A DNA stretch of 64,000 bases from Candidatus Micrarchaeota archaeon (GTDB taxonomy: Archaea; Micrarchaeota; Micrarchaeia; Anstonellales; Bilamarchaeaceae), in NCBI GenBank assembly GCA_043816005.1, contig JBDRIM010000041.1, positions 1-64,000 of the forward strand, given 5' to 3'. A program made the translations under genes and the position numbers. Positions 52,152 through 60,785 of this stretch are shown here, one piece after another (positions within the stretch are counted from its first letter, which is position 1; the number at the start of each line of letters is the position of its first letter). A model generated the notes under the pieces. The model worked only from the letters and a program-made list of their open reading frames with translations. It was not told where the DNA came from and did no database searches.

Positions 52152-53001
52152 TGACAAAATACCTATTTGGCTGGCAAGGTACATCGAAGAACTTGCTGCC
52201 ACGCACAGAGCAGAAGAAAATATCAAATTAATGCAAATCAAGGCAAGTGAAGGGGAGCGTAGGGAAAAATATCAGGAAGAACTCCAAAAACTAAAGGAGA
52301 TGCATAAAAAAGAAATAGACAGGGAATTGACTAAGTTAGACCGATTCTATGAAATCCTTGCCACAACAGGTAAAACCTATCGTGAAGCCGAGGCCGAGAT
52401 TTATCATAATGAGGATTTTTACAAAGCGTATGAAAGAAGATTGGCAGAAGAAGAAAAAAGAAAAGAAGAAGCAAGGCATTACATGAGGGTTCCAGAGGAA
52501 AAGGAACCTAAGCACAGGACGCCTACCATCAGGCAGCCAGCGCTTAATTTATACCTTGAAAAAAACGTGAATGTCAAAGACATGGATATATTGCTTAACA
52601 ACAAATTCAAACGCATAAAAATAAGTCCGTTTGGTGATACTGGAGCGGCTTATTATTGGATCAAAACTCGTTATAACGAAGGAAAGGAACACGCTTTCTT
52701 TTGTTATTTGATAGAATCTGAATTGAAAAAGCATATCAGAAAAATAAGATTGAATGTCAACAATGGTCCAGATGTGGAGTTTGAATATAACAAGAAGAAA
52801 TATTGCTTTGATGTTGAGACTGGCAAGAAACTTGAACGCAGCAAGGTTTCAGTTGACTGGAAATATTCCAAATACAAAAAGGAATATGATCAGATTTTCA
52901 TTCTGGTAACCAGGAAATCCTTGAAGTACAAATATACTCGATATGGTACGGTATTAACCAGAGGCAAGCTAAAAGATACTATTTCTACTATATTCGCTTA
53001 G
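52144..53001 (+). CDS. coiled-coil protein with C-terminal PD-(D/E)xK-like domain
   Basis: GPDVEF...FDVETGK. Confidence 0.55.
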   Translation: MLDDKIPIWLARYIEELAATHRAEENIKLMQIKASEGERREKYQEELQKLKEMHKKEIDRELTKLDRFYEILATTGKTYREAEAEIYHNEDFYKAYERRLAEEEKRKEEARHYMRVPEEKEPKHRTPTIRQPALNLYLEKNVNVKDMDILLNNKFKRIKISPFGDTGAAYYWIKTRYNEGKEHAFFCYLIESELKKHIRKIRLNVNNGPDVEFEYNKKKYCFDVETGKKLERSKVSVDWKYSKYKKEYDQIFILVTRKSLKYKYTRYGTVLTRGKLKDTISTIFA

Positions 53002-53159
53002 GCGTTCTCTCGCTACTATATATCTATATATAGATATATAGGGAGGTCGTTAGGGGTTAGTGATTTTGGTAGTTTATCGAAGTGAAAACTACCGGAAATC
53101 AACTTTAATTAGGGGTAGGTAAATCTTACTCCTAAAATTTAGGGGTGAGTGAAAATGAG

Positions 53160-54262
53160 TCAACAAACTTTGTTATGATCTTCACTGCCAAACAATTCGT
53201 TGAATCTAGCGGCCACCCTTTTCCTGAACTTGTAGGAATTCGCAAATTCGGCATATGCAAGCCAGCCTTCCAAGCTTTGAACGATTTCTTTTCTGCTCAT
53301 TTCACCCTTATCATATCTCATTTTGAATTTATCCAAGCGTTTCCATATCCTTCTCGCGTTGCTTTTCTTCAATAATCTGTATTTTGTGAATATTCTGAAA
53401 CCGAGAAAAGTTATCCCTCTTCGTAATGGTATAATCCTTGTTTTTTCAGGGTGAAGTTCAATTTTCAAGTTCTCTCTCAGAAAGATATCTATTTCATGTT
53501 CCCAGTTTTCCAATACTCTTTTATCATTATGCAGAATAACGAAATCATCCACATAACGGATATAATATTCGGCGTTCAATTCGTGTTTTACGAAATAATC
53601 GAGTTCATTGAGATAGAAATTGGCGAAAAATTGCGAGGTCAAATTACCTAACGGCATTCCCCTACCAACAACTTCTATTTTATGATTTTTCAATATGGTT
53701 TCAATTAGCCACATAACTTTTTCGTCTTTGATTTTTACTCTGATCAACCTAAGTAAAATTTCATGATTTACAGTTTCAAAATAGTGTTTTATATCTGCCT
53801 TGAAGATATAACCGATGATGGCATTATTGTCCAAATTCGTTCTCCCCCCCCCATTTCGGCATTGGAATGGTTGGTGGAGACTGCCCTCAAGAACTTTTCA
53901 AACCGTTTTATCGCCGGATGGGTTCCCTTGCCTTTTCTGTTGGCGAATGAATCGAAAATGAAGCTACTGCCTAGAATTGATGAAATGACATTGCACAACG
54001 CATGATGGATAACTCGGTCTCTGAAATCAGATGCACCAATTTTCCTCGTCTTTGGATCTTTCACAATGAACATCGTGATAGGTCTTGGCCTGTAGGTAAA
54101 AGTTTGAAGTTCAAACTGCAGATCACGAAGATTTTGCTTCAGATCGGCTTCAAAATCTATCACGTAATCCTTCAACGTTTTTCCCTTTCTTGCGTTAAGG
54201 AAAGCAAGCTCGAGGTTTTCATAGGACGTGAGTTGTTCGTATAAATCGTTATACCATCGCAT
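53160..54262 (-). CDS. DGR reverse transcriptase, frameshifted at G9 tract (53844-53852)
   Basis: PKTRKI, FRDRVIHHAL, SFANRKGKGTH | ADIKHYF, GMPLGNLTSQ (DGR-type SQ), RYVDDF, FLGF; adjacent TR. Confidence 0.9.
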
Positions 54263-54315
54263 ACAATATGAAGAAGATGAGAAATAGAGATAAAACCCAA
54301 GCATTGTAGGTTAAA

Positions 54316-54406
54316 GTCATTTCCGAATCATTGGACCAGTTGTCATTGGCATTGACGTTACGCCGGTTGTCGTTGTTGAAGTTGTTGCCACGGCCAAGAG
54401 GACCGC
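54316..54406 (-). repeat. DGR template repeat (TR)
   Basis: 91 bp, 10 AAY codons, 27 adenines; 78/91 identical to VR with all differences at A. Confidence 0.95.
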
Positions 54407-54649
54407 CCAATGTAACCCGCTTACTCAAATGGTACTTGCGTACCTCACCGTAACTTCAGGTTTCGCAAAAGAACGAACTACTAACTGTCGTTACTGAATT
54501 TCATAGCCGATAATCAGATGATTACAGGCACTATAAGCGAGTGTGTGGCCCTAACCTACAAACCATGAACTATTCGTTCATGATTAGCCAATAAATTGGC
54601 CAAAGCTAGGGATATTAATTAGAAATAGAAAATTAAAAAATGAAAGGGA

Positions 54650-55321
54650 TTATGCTTTTGGCTGAATTGATTCTATTTTTCCTGCCAGTTCTCTTAGGAA
54701 CGCAGCCTCATCTAGGATTGGCTTAATTAAACTGGCATGCGCATCTACGCTAAGCACTGCACCGAGGCGTTCTGTTAGTCCTTTTGCTACAGTTTCTAAT
54801 AGTTCCGCTCTTTGTACTAGTGTTTTTGGGTTTGCAACATCAACCAACTTTTCTTCAGGTACTCCTACCCGCGGCGCGGTCGCTTCGCGACCAATTAACG
54901 CCACCCCCGAATCATTGGACCAGTAGACATTGGCATTGACGTCACGCCGGTTGTCGACGTTGAAGCCGAGGCCACGGCCAAGAGGACCGCTAAAGCTTCG
55001 ATCTTGATAACGATATAAATAGAGTGCGTCTGGATTATCGCGATTGCTTGCTTTGCCATTCGGAATAGCAAACGGATTACCATCTGGCACGTACCAACCA
55101 TCTTTAAGAGGCAAATCTATGCTGACTTCAGCTTCGCCTTCATTATGGGCTTTCGCCTTTGTCGCACCTCGTTCGTAGATGAGCAACGTAGCTGTTCTGG
55201 CTGGTAAGAATCCTCTTACATTTTCCCAATCAGTACGAATTGCTTCACTAAGCACGGCATGAATCATCATCCTTCTCGGATCGGTTGTTTTTTCATACTT
55301 CGGAACGGTTACAGGACCCAT
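54650..55321 (-). CDS. DGR target protein (probable CLec-fold variable domain plus helical C-terminal extension)
   Basis: Contains the VR at residues ~111-141 (GRGLGFNVDNRRDVNANVYWSNDSGV). Confidence 0.88.
   Translation of the reverse strand: MGPVTVPKYEKTTDPRRMMIHAVLSEAIRTDWENVRGFLPARTATLLIYERGATKAKAHNEGEAEVSIDLPLKDGWYVPDGNPFAIPNGKASNRDNPDALYLYRYQDRSFSGPLGRGLGFNVDNRRDVNANVYWSNDSGVALIGREATAPRVGVPEEKLVDVANPKTLVQRAELLETVAKGLTERLGAVLSVDAHASLIKPILDEAAFLRELAGKIESIQPKA
54878..54892 (-). promoter_or_regulatory. DGR target-recognition hairpin downstream of VR
   Basis: GGTCGC-GAA-GCGACC a few nt 3' of the VR, absent next to the TR. Confidence 0.7.
54900..54990 (-). repeat. DGR variable repeat (VR)
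   Basis: 13 substitutions relative to TR, all at TR adenines. Confidence 0.95.
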
Positions 55322-55515
55322 AGATACACCTCATAAACTTATTTGAATTGTATTGATTTTAATATAATATTATAGACCCAATATCCTTAAAAAGCTATCA
55401 TTTACAACAATTAGAAACTAAGAACGCCTATAGTAGATGTTTGGGACTAGATCCTATCAACCCCAAAAGTAAAGGCTTATATATTTATCAGGTTATATCT
55501 ATATCAGGTGGTATT

Positions 55516-55785
55516 ATGGGAGCAGTACAAATACAGATGGTTCATTCTCCAACGCTTAAAACAGTTATGGCAATCGAAGAAGTTATCAAAAATTCTGATA
55601 TGGCAATAAGTCGGAACAAAATATTAAGTAATTTACCAACCGCAGTAATGCGCTCAACCTTGAATACTGCATTAGATTATTTGGAGAAAAAGGGAATTAT
55701 ACTGGAAACTAAAAAAGGATTTGTATGGACTTTTAATCCAAGTAAGAAACTAGCCAGGGCTGAAGAAGACGGATTAGAGGTTTGA
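55516..55785 (+). CDS. wHTH protein, putative antitoxin
   Basis: SPTLKTV..TLNTALDYLEKKG..VWTFNP; directly upstream of RelE-like gene. Confidence 0.6.
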   Translation: MGAVQIQMVHSPTLKTVMAIEEVIKNSDMAISRNKILSNLPTAVMRSTLNTALDYLEKKGIILETKKGFVWTFNPSKKLARAEEDGLEV

Positions 55786-55787
55786 TT

Positions 55788-56186
55788 ATGGTAAAGAAGG
55801 CAGTAACCATAAAGCTTCTGGGTGAAGCCAAAGAGGAATATTTGAAACTGCAGGAAACAGTCAGGCAAGAGATAGAAAAAGATATTACCACGTCATTCCA
55901 TCAGACACTTCTACGTTCCATTGATTCGAAAATCGCCCTTCTTAAGGCTAATTATTCCTATGGAATCCAGATACCAAGAAAGCAGATTCCACGAACCTAT
56001 TTGGAGAATTATGAAGTTACTAATTTATGGAAGGTTGACCTTTCGGGTTATTGGCGTCTTATTTATACGCTAAAACAGCCTCAACGAGAGGAAACAGAAA
56101 TAGATATCATAACAATATGGCTTGATGTTCTTGATATTTTGGATCATCCGACCTATGATAAAAGGTTTGGATATCGAAAAAGGTAG
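55788..56186 (+). CDS. RelE/ParE-like toxin
   Basis: NLWKVDLSGYWRLIYTL..DILDHPTYDKRFGY. Confidence 0.6.
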   Translation: MVKKAVTIKLLGEAKEEYLKLQETVRQEIEKDITTSFHQTLLRSIDSKIALLKANYSYGIQIPRKQIPRTYLENYEVTNLWKVDLSGYWRLIYTLKQPQREETEIDIITIWLDVLDILDHPTYDKRFGYRKR

Positions 56187-56297
56187 TTGAAGACTCTAGA
56201 TTCATTCTTGAGTTTTGCTCCCTGCACTTTCTTTTCCTCTGAGTTCTTCAGCCACCATGTCGAAATTATCGCCATGAACTTTCCTTCCGTCAAGGGA

Positions 56298-56348
56298 GGT
56301 TCTGATGTAAGATCTATTTAAGCTCTGGCCTGAGGTAAGTTAGACGAT
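56298..56348 (-). repeat. inverted copy of the integrase-upstream module
   Basis: 22-bp perfect IR (50339-50360 vs 56315-56336) plus ATCGTCTAAC and TCAGAACC matches. Confidence 0.8.
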
Positions 56349-56409
56349 GTCATGGTCGACGAATCGACCATGAGCATGCTCGTAATCGATGCGTCGATTA
56401 CGACATTGT

Positions 56410-56598
56410 CTAGGTCGAGGCAAACAATTCGTTGAATCTAGCAACAACCCGTTTTCTGAATTTGTAGGAGTTGGCAAACTCCGCGTAAGCCAGCCAACCT
56501 TCCAAGCTTCGTACGACTTCAGCTCGTGCCATTTCTCCTTTATCACATTTCAGCTTAAACTTTTCAAGGCGTTTCCAGATTCTTCTTGCATTTTTTTT
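56410..56598 (-). pseudogene. 3' remnant of a paralogous DGR RT
   Basis: Translates to NARRIWKRLEKFKLKCDKGEMARAEVVRSLEGWLAYAEFANSYKFRKRVVARFNELFAST*, matching the RT C-terminus. Confidence 0.85.
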
Positions 56599-56614
56599 AA
56601 AAAAATAAAAAAGA

Positions 56615-56995
56615 TTATTCTCTTCTAGTTAAAAATGCACCAATAGAAATTGCACCTAGAAGAAACGCTGGAGCACAGCAATTGGAGGTTGATTGAGTAA
56701 TTGGAGGAGTGACTGGGGGGGTTATTGGTGGAGTGATTGGATCTTGGATAGTGTCCATACAATCCATATAATTAGTAAAACATGTTGGACAATGTTGATC
56801 CATTAAATCGTATACTTCATCGTCAGTATAAGAACTATCAATCATACAATCGTCTTCAACATCAGACCATGTACCACCCATGCTTGGACAACATGATATT
56901 GCACACGGACGTGTTTGATCCCAACAATCCTCTGCAGTTACAGCAAATGTAATTCCAGCAACTAAAAGCAGTAGCAATGGATAAATTAATTTCAT
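56615..56995 (-). CDS. small secreted Cys-rich protein with PPIT repeats and C-terminal sorting-like TM
   Basis: Signal peptide, PITPPITPPVTPPIT, CCAPAFLLG...RRE. Confidence 0.7.
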   Translation of the reverse strand: MKLIYPLLLLLVAGITFAVTAEDCWDQTRPCAISCCPSMGGTWSDVEDDCMIDSSYTDDEVYDLMDQHCPTCFTNYMDCMDTIQDPITPPITPPVTPPITQSTSNCCAPAFLLGAISIGAFLTRRE

Positions 56996-57025
56996 ATTAC
57001 CACGGTTTTGTATTTCAGGTGAGAT

Positions 57026-58879
57026 TTATAACTTTGTCGAATCTACAAGTGACTGTGAATAACAATGTTCTGGTAACTCAACTAAAAATCTTGAAGGTCG
57101 CATTTCATTAGATTCATAGAACCTGCCGGTTGATTTTGGATAGCTCATAATTAATTTTTCTTTTGCCCTGGAAGTTGCTACGTAAAACAATCTTCTTTCT
57201 TCTTCTATGTTAAATGAACGTTCATGAGGTAGAGAGCCATCGGCTAAACCAATGATAAACACGCTGTCCCATTCTAATCCCTTTGCTTGATGGATGGTTG
57301 AAAGAATCAGATTACATTGCGTATTATCCACAGAAGAATCAACATCAAGTGAGAATGCTTCAAGAAATTCACCAATTGACTGATAATGTGACGCAGCACC
57401 AACAAGTGCTTCAATATCTGGTTTTCTTTCCTCAGCATCATCAAATTTTTCTTCCAGATACTGACGGTAGAAGTTTTCATAAAAATTATCAAGCATGAAT
57501 GCCGCATTTCCACCTGAAGAATAAATATCTGATATGAGCGAGGAATAAAGTTCGTTTTTACCAATTTTAGCAAGTGCTTTTGGAATCGTAAGCGGATCGG
57601 TTATTGTATTGATTATTTTGGAAATTGATTTTTCACCAACTTTTGGAAATAGTAGGAATAAACGTGATAATGACTGATGATCACTTGGATTATGATAAAC
57701 TTTCAATAAGGAAACCATATCTTTGATGTGACGTTGTTCAAAGAATTTGACTCCCCCTCGCATCTCGTATTTTATCCCACGCCTAGAAAGATCAACCTCT
57801 AATTCGCCAGCAAGATATGCTGCGCGGAAAAGGACACCCACTTTTCTTTTTTCCTTGAGTTCTAATTCAATTAAGTTTGTTATGATATGAGCTTCTTCAA
57901 TTTTATCTGTAACTGTCAAAAAGGTGGGGAGATCATTACCATTAGTGATTGCTACGAGTTGTTTTTCCAGTTTTTCTTTGCTATTCGCCATTGTTTCATT
58001 GATTAAAGTTACTATTGGCTTGGTACTGCGATAATTCTTTGTTAAAAAAAATGTTTGCGCGTTATATTTGTCTCTAAATTCTAGAATATTCTTTATGTCA
58101 GCACCTCTAAATGAATAGATGCTCTGTGAGTCATCACCAACAACCATCAGATTTTTTTTGTAAATTAGATCTAATATTGCAGTTTGAAGTTTATCAGTAT
58201 CCTGGAACTCATCCACAAGTATGTTGGTAAAATGGTTTTTGTATTGCTCAGATATTGTTTTATCAGATAGAATAGTGTACGCAAAAAAAAGCAAATCATC
58301 AAAGTCTACAAGATTTTTACTTTTTTTAAGTTTCTCGTATTTTTTAGCAACGTCAGAGATAGTATCTGTGTGGATTCTCATATGGAAGAATTCTGGTTGC
58401 ATAACCAATTCTTCAATTGATTCCATCTTTAATTTTGAAAGAGAAATGAGTTGTTGAATGCTATTAACTACCCCGCGCTTGACGCTTTCATGATCGTCAA
58501 GTATGGCTTGTTTTAGCAATGACCTTGCATCTTCTTCATCAAGAATAGTAAAGTTCTTCTTAAGGCCAACGTGATTGGCATATTTTTTTACCACTTGGTT
58601 TGCAAAATAATGAAATGTACCTGAGACAATTTGTCTTGCATTAGCCCCAATAAGATTTTCTGCTCTGTTTTTCATCTCTCTTGCTGCTTTGTTGGTGAAT
58701 GTGAGCAATAAAATGGATTCTGGTCTTTCGCCACGTTCAAGTAGATTGCATAATCGATACACTAGGGTTCTTGTTTTTCCAGAACCAGGTCCAGCAATAA
58801 CAAGTGATGTACCATCCCCATTAATAACAATGTTAAGCTGTTCTTCGTTCAGTTCTTTAGTATAATCCATGTAAGTCAC
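57026..58879 (-). CDS. UvrD/PcrA/Rep-family helicase
   Basis: AGPGSGKT, VDEFQD, GDDSQSIYSFRGA, STIHQAKGLEW, EERRLFYVA. Confidence 0.95.
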   Translation of the reverse strand: MTYMDYTKELNEEQLNIVINGDGTSLVIAGPGSGKTRTLVYRLCNLLERGERPESILLLTFTNKAAREMKNRAENLIGANARQIVSGTFHYFANQVVKKYANHVGLKKNFTILDEEDARSLLKQAILDDHESVKRGVVNSIQQLISLSKLKMESIEELVMQPEFFHMRIHTDTISDVAKKYEKLKKSKNLVDFDDLLFFAYTILSDKTISEQYKNHFTNILVDEFQDTDKLQTAILDLIYKKNLMVVGDDSQSIYSFRGADIKNILEFRDKYNAQTFFLTKNYRSTKPIVTLINETMANSKEKLEKQLVAITNGNDLPTFLTVTDKIEEAHIITNLIELELKEKRKVGVLFRAAYLAGELEVDLSRRGIKYEMRGGVKFFEQRHIKDMVSLLKVYHNPSDHQSLSRLFLLFPKVGEKSISKIINTITDPLTIPKALAKIGKNELYSSLISDIYSSGGNAAFMLDNFYENFYRQYLEEKFDDAEERKPDIEALVGAASHYQSIGEFLEAFSLDVDSSVDNTQCNLILSTIHQAKGLEWDSVFIIGLADGSLPHERSFNIEEERRLFYVATSRAKEKLIMSYPKSTGRFYESNEMRPSRFLVELPEHCYSQSLVDSTKL

Positions 58880-59391
58880 TTTGAGTTATCATAAACAATT
58901 TCATATAATTTTTTCTTGATGTTGGTAAATTGATCTAGATTTAGTGGTCTTGGATAAGTTAGTAAATAAAGCGGAACCGGGGATTTTCCTTTGCCATAGG
59001 ATGGCTGGACATAGGGATAATGATTCAATTTAAAACCGAATTGTTCGTAGAATTTTATTCTCAGATACTGTTGCTCGTTTTGGGGTTTTTCAACTTCAAG
59101 AATTATGTTTTGGTACTTATTCATAAATTCGCCTAACATTTTGGAACCAATACCTTGATTACGAAGTTCTTTTTCAACTGCCAAGTGTTCTATGAATATA
59201 AATGTACCAAAATCCCAAAAAGAGATAAAACCTATAACCCTATCTTCAACTGCAGCCATTAGGGAATAGTCTTTTTTGTCAAAAAGCAACAGATCGAGTT
59301 CACGTTTCTCATCAGAAGGAAATGATGTCTCATAAATTAATTTTACTGCATCGAACAAAAATGAATCAGGTGTTATACGTTCGAAATACAT
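58876..59391 (-). CDS. GNAT acetyltransferase
   Basis: EHLAV..RNQGIGS, FYEQFGF. Confidence 0.85.
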   Translation of the reverse strand: MYFERITPDSFLFDAVKLIYETSFPSDEKRELDLLLFDKKDYSLMAAVEDRVIGFISFWDFGTFIFIEHLAVEKELRNQGIGSKMLGEFMNKYQNIILEVEKPQNEQQYLRIKFYEQFGFKLNHYPYVQPSYGKGKSPVPLYLLTYPRPLNLDQFTNIKKKLYEIVYDNSK

Positions 59392-59412
59392 ATCTTAGTT
59401 TTAGCTGGTAGG

Positions 59413-59835
59413 TTATTTATTATTAAGGAATGTGTGGGCTTTATCTAAAATTTTCTTTGCGTTCTCATATGTTAAGCGTTTTCTTGCCTCACCATAAGAT
59501 AACCAAAGAAACTCGGTATGCTCATGTGAAAGATTTATATTTTTGTTTTTTGATCTTGCTAGAAAAAATAGTACATCCTTATGGAATTGTTCTTTGTTTC
59601 TTGTATATTTGTAGTCAAGAATCTCTTTGAATCCGCCAATAAGATCAAGATCGATAATGCCTGTTTCCTCCTTGACCTCACGCAATGCCGTATTGATTTC
59701 ACTTTCACCAGGCTCTACATGACCTTTAGTAAAATCCCAGTGGCCCTCCACGTAATGCAATAGGAGATATATGCGCGGAAGACCCAACTTTTGTTCCATA
59801 AATAGGATAATGCCACAGGATTTCTCTTTGATCAT
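59413..59835 (-). CDS. NUDIX hydrolase (Ap4A hydrolase-like)
   Basis: GHWDFTKGHVEPGE..TALREVKEETG, LSHEH. Confidence 0.88.
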   Translation of the reverse strand: MIKEKSCGIILFMEQKLGLPRIYLLLHYVEGHWDFTKGHVEPGESEINTALREVKEETGIIDLDLIGGFKEILDYKYTRNKEQFHKDVLFFLARSKNKNINLSHEHTEFLWLSYGEARKRLTYENAKKILDKAHTFLNNK

Positions 59836-59914
59836 GATAAACCAAAGGATGGGCAAATTTAAAAACAATGCTAAGCATATGTTAAGGTTATCAATTACGT
59901 TTAGGTGTTATTAG

Positions 59915-60067
59915 ATGGGTAAATTTCCAGAAGCTGATCTAAAACTTGCAGGCATAACTGTTTGTAAGAAATGCAAAACAAGAAATAAGAAAACTGTAAA
60001 AATATGCAGAAAGTGTGGCTCAAAGTATTTGAGACCAAAAAGAAGAGAGATCAGAGCTAAGAAGTGA
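59915..60067 (+). CDS. rpl40e: 50S ribosomal protein L40e
   Basis: Hand translation MGKFPEAD..VCKKCKTRN..CRKCGSKYLRPKRRE (below the ORF-track cutoff). Confidence 0.9.
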   Translation: MGKFPEADLKLAGITVCKKCKTRNKKTVKICRKCGSKYLRPKRREIRAKK

Positions 60068-60132
60068 TGAAGTAGTATGAATGGTTCGAGAAAGAGCATT
60101 CAGAAACTTTATAAATCCTTCTCAGTATCATT

Positions 60133-60339
60133 TCATGGCGAGAACGACGATTCGTTCTTGATTATCGTGAAATGCTTTGCGTTTCACTTCATGGCTTGAA
60201 GCAAAGCTTCAAGATAGTAATGATCGTTGCGACGATCATTCCGTGGCTTGAATGAACTGAGAAGAGTTCATTGATTAGTTTTAATCTTTATCATTTAGGT
60301 GAATTCTGCTTGAACGGCGAACCGTTCAAGTCATTCACC
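60133..60339. repeat. tandem array of hairpins with conserved linkers
   Basis: Six stem-loops; recurring YCRTGGC and GAT(T)AGT-like linkers. Confidence 0.6.
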
Positions 60340-60352
60340 AACAGGTGAATTA

Positions 60353-60781
60353 ATGAGTAATGGTGAATTTGCAGGAAGAAATGTACAGAGAACGCGCAAG
60401 AAGCATAAGTGGCTCTCTAAAAGATGGAAGAGGCGAACACTCAAATTGAAAGAAAAATTTGATCCTTTAGAAGGTGCGCCACAAGCTAAAGCTATAGTCT
60501 TGGAAAAGGTTGTTTTGGAACAAAAACAGCCCCACTCAGGTTTGATTAAGTGTGTGAAATGCCAACTTCTAAAAAATGGTAAAGTTGTAACTGCACATGC
60601 GGTCAGAAACAAGGCAATTACTTTCATTGACGAACACGACGAAGTTCTGCTTGCAGGACTCGGTGGTTCACAACGAGGACAGATGGGTTCTATACCTGGT
60701 GTTCGATACAAAGTTGTAGCAGTAAATAACATCGATCTCCAAATGCTTAGAAAAGGCAAAAAGGAGAAGGCAAAGAGATGA
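60353..60781 (+). CDS. rps12: 30S ribosomal protein S12
   Basis: [24 protein letters not shown]. Confidence 0.95.
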   Translation: MSNGEFAGRNVQRTRKKHKWLSKRWKRRTLKLKEKFDPLEGAPQAKAIVLEKVVLEQKQPHSGLIKCVKCQLLKNGKVVTAHAVRNKAITFIDEHDEVLLAGLGGSQRGQMGSIPGVRYKVVAVNNIDLQMLRKGKKEKAKR

Positions 60782-60785
60782 TTGA

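Larger units (their letters stand above)
50178..56226. mobile_element. tRNA-Leu-integrated element carrying integrase, DGR and TA pair
   Basis: 11-bp direct repeat TGCTCCCTGCA at 50178-50188 (tRNA 3' end) and 56216-56226; integrase adjacent to the tRNA. Confidence 0.75.

Noticed and set aside
53160..54262. Group II intron or retron RT
   Set aside because: The SQ motif and an adjacent TR/VR pair with A-only mismatches identify a DGR; no group II domain V was seen
56340..56628. ORF-track entries 56340-56546 and 56389-56628
   Set aside because: Wrong frames or strand; the homologous frame is the start-less RT remnant
60133..60339. CRISPR array
   Set aside because: No identical 25-40 bp repeats with unique spacers, and no cas genes in the window
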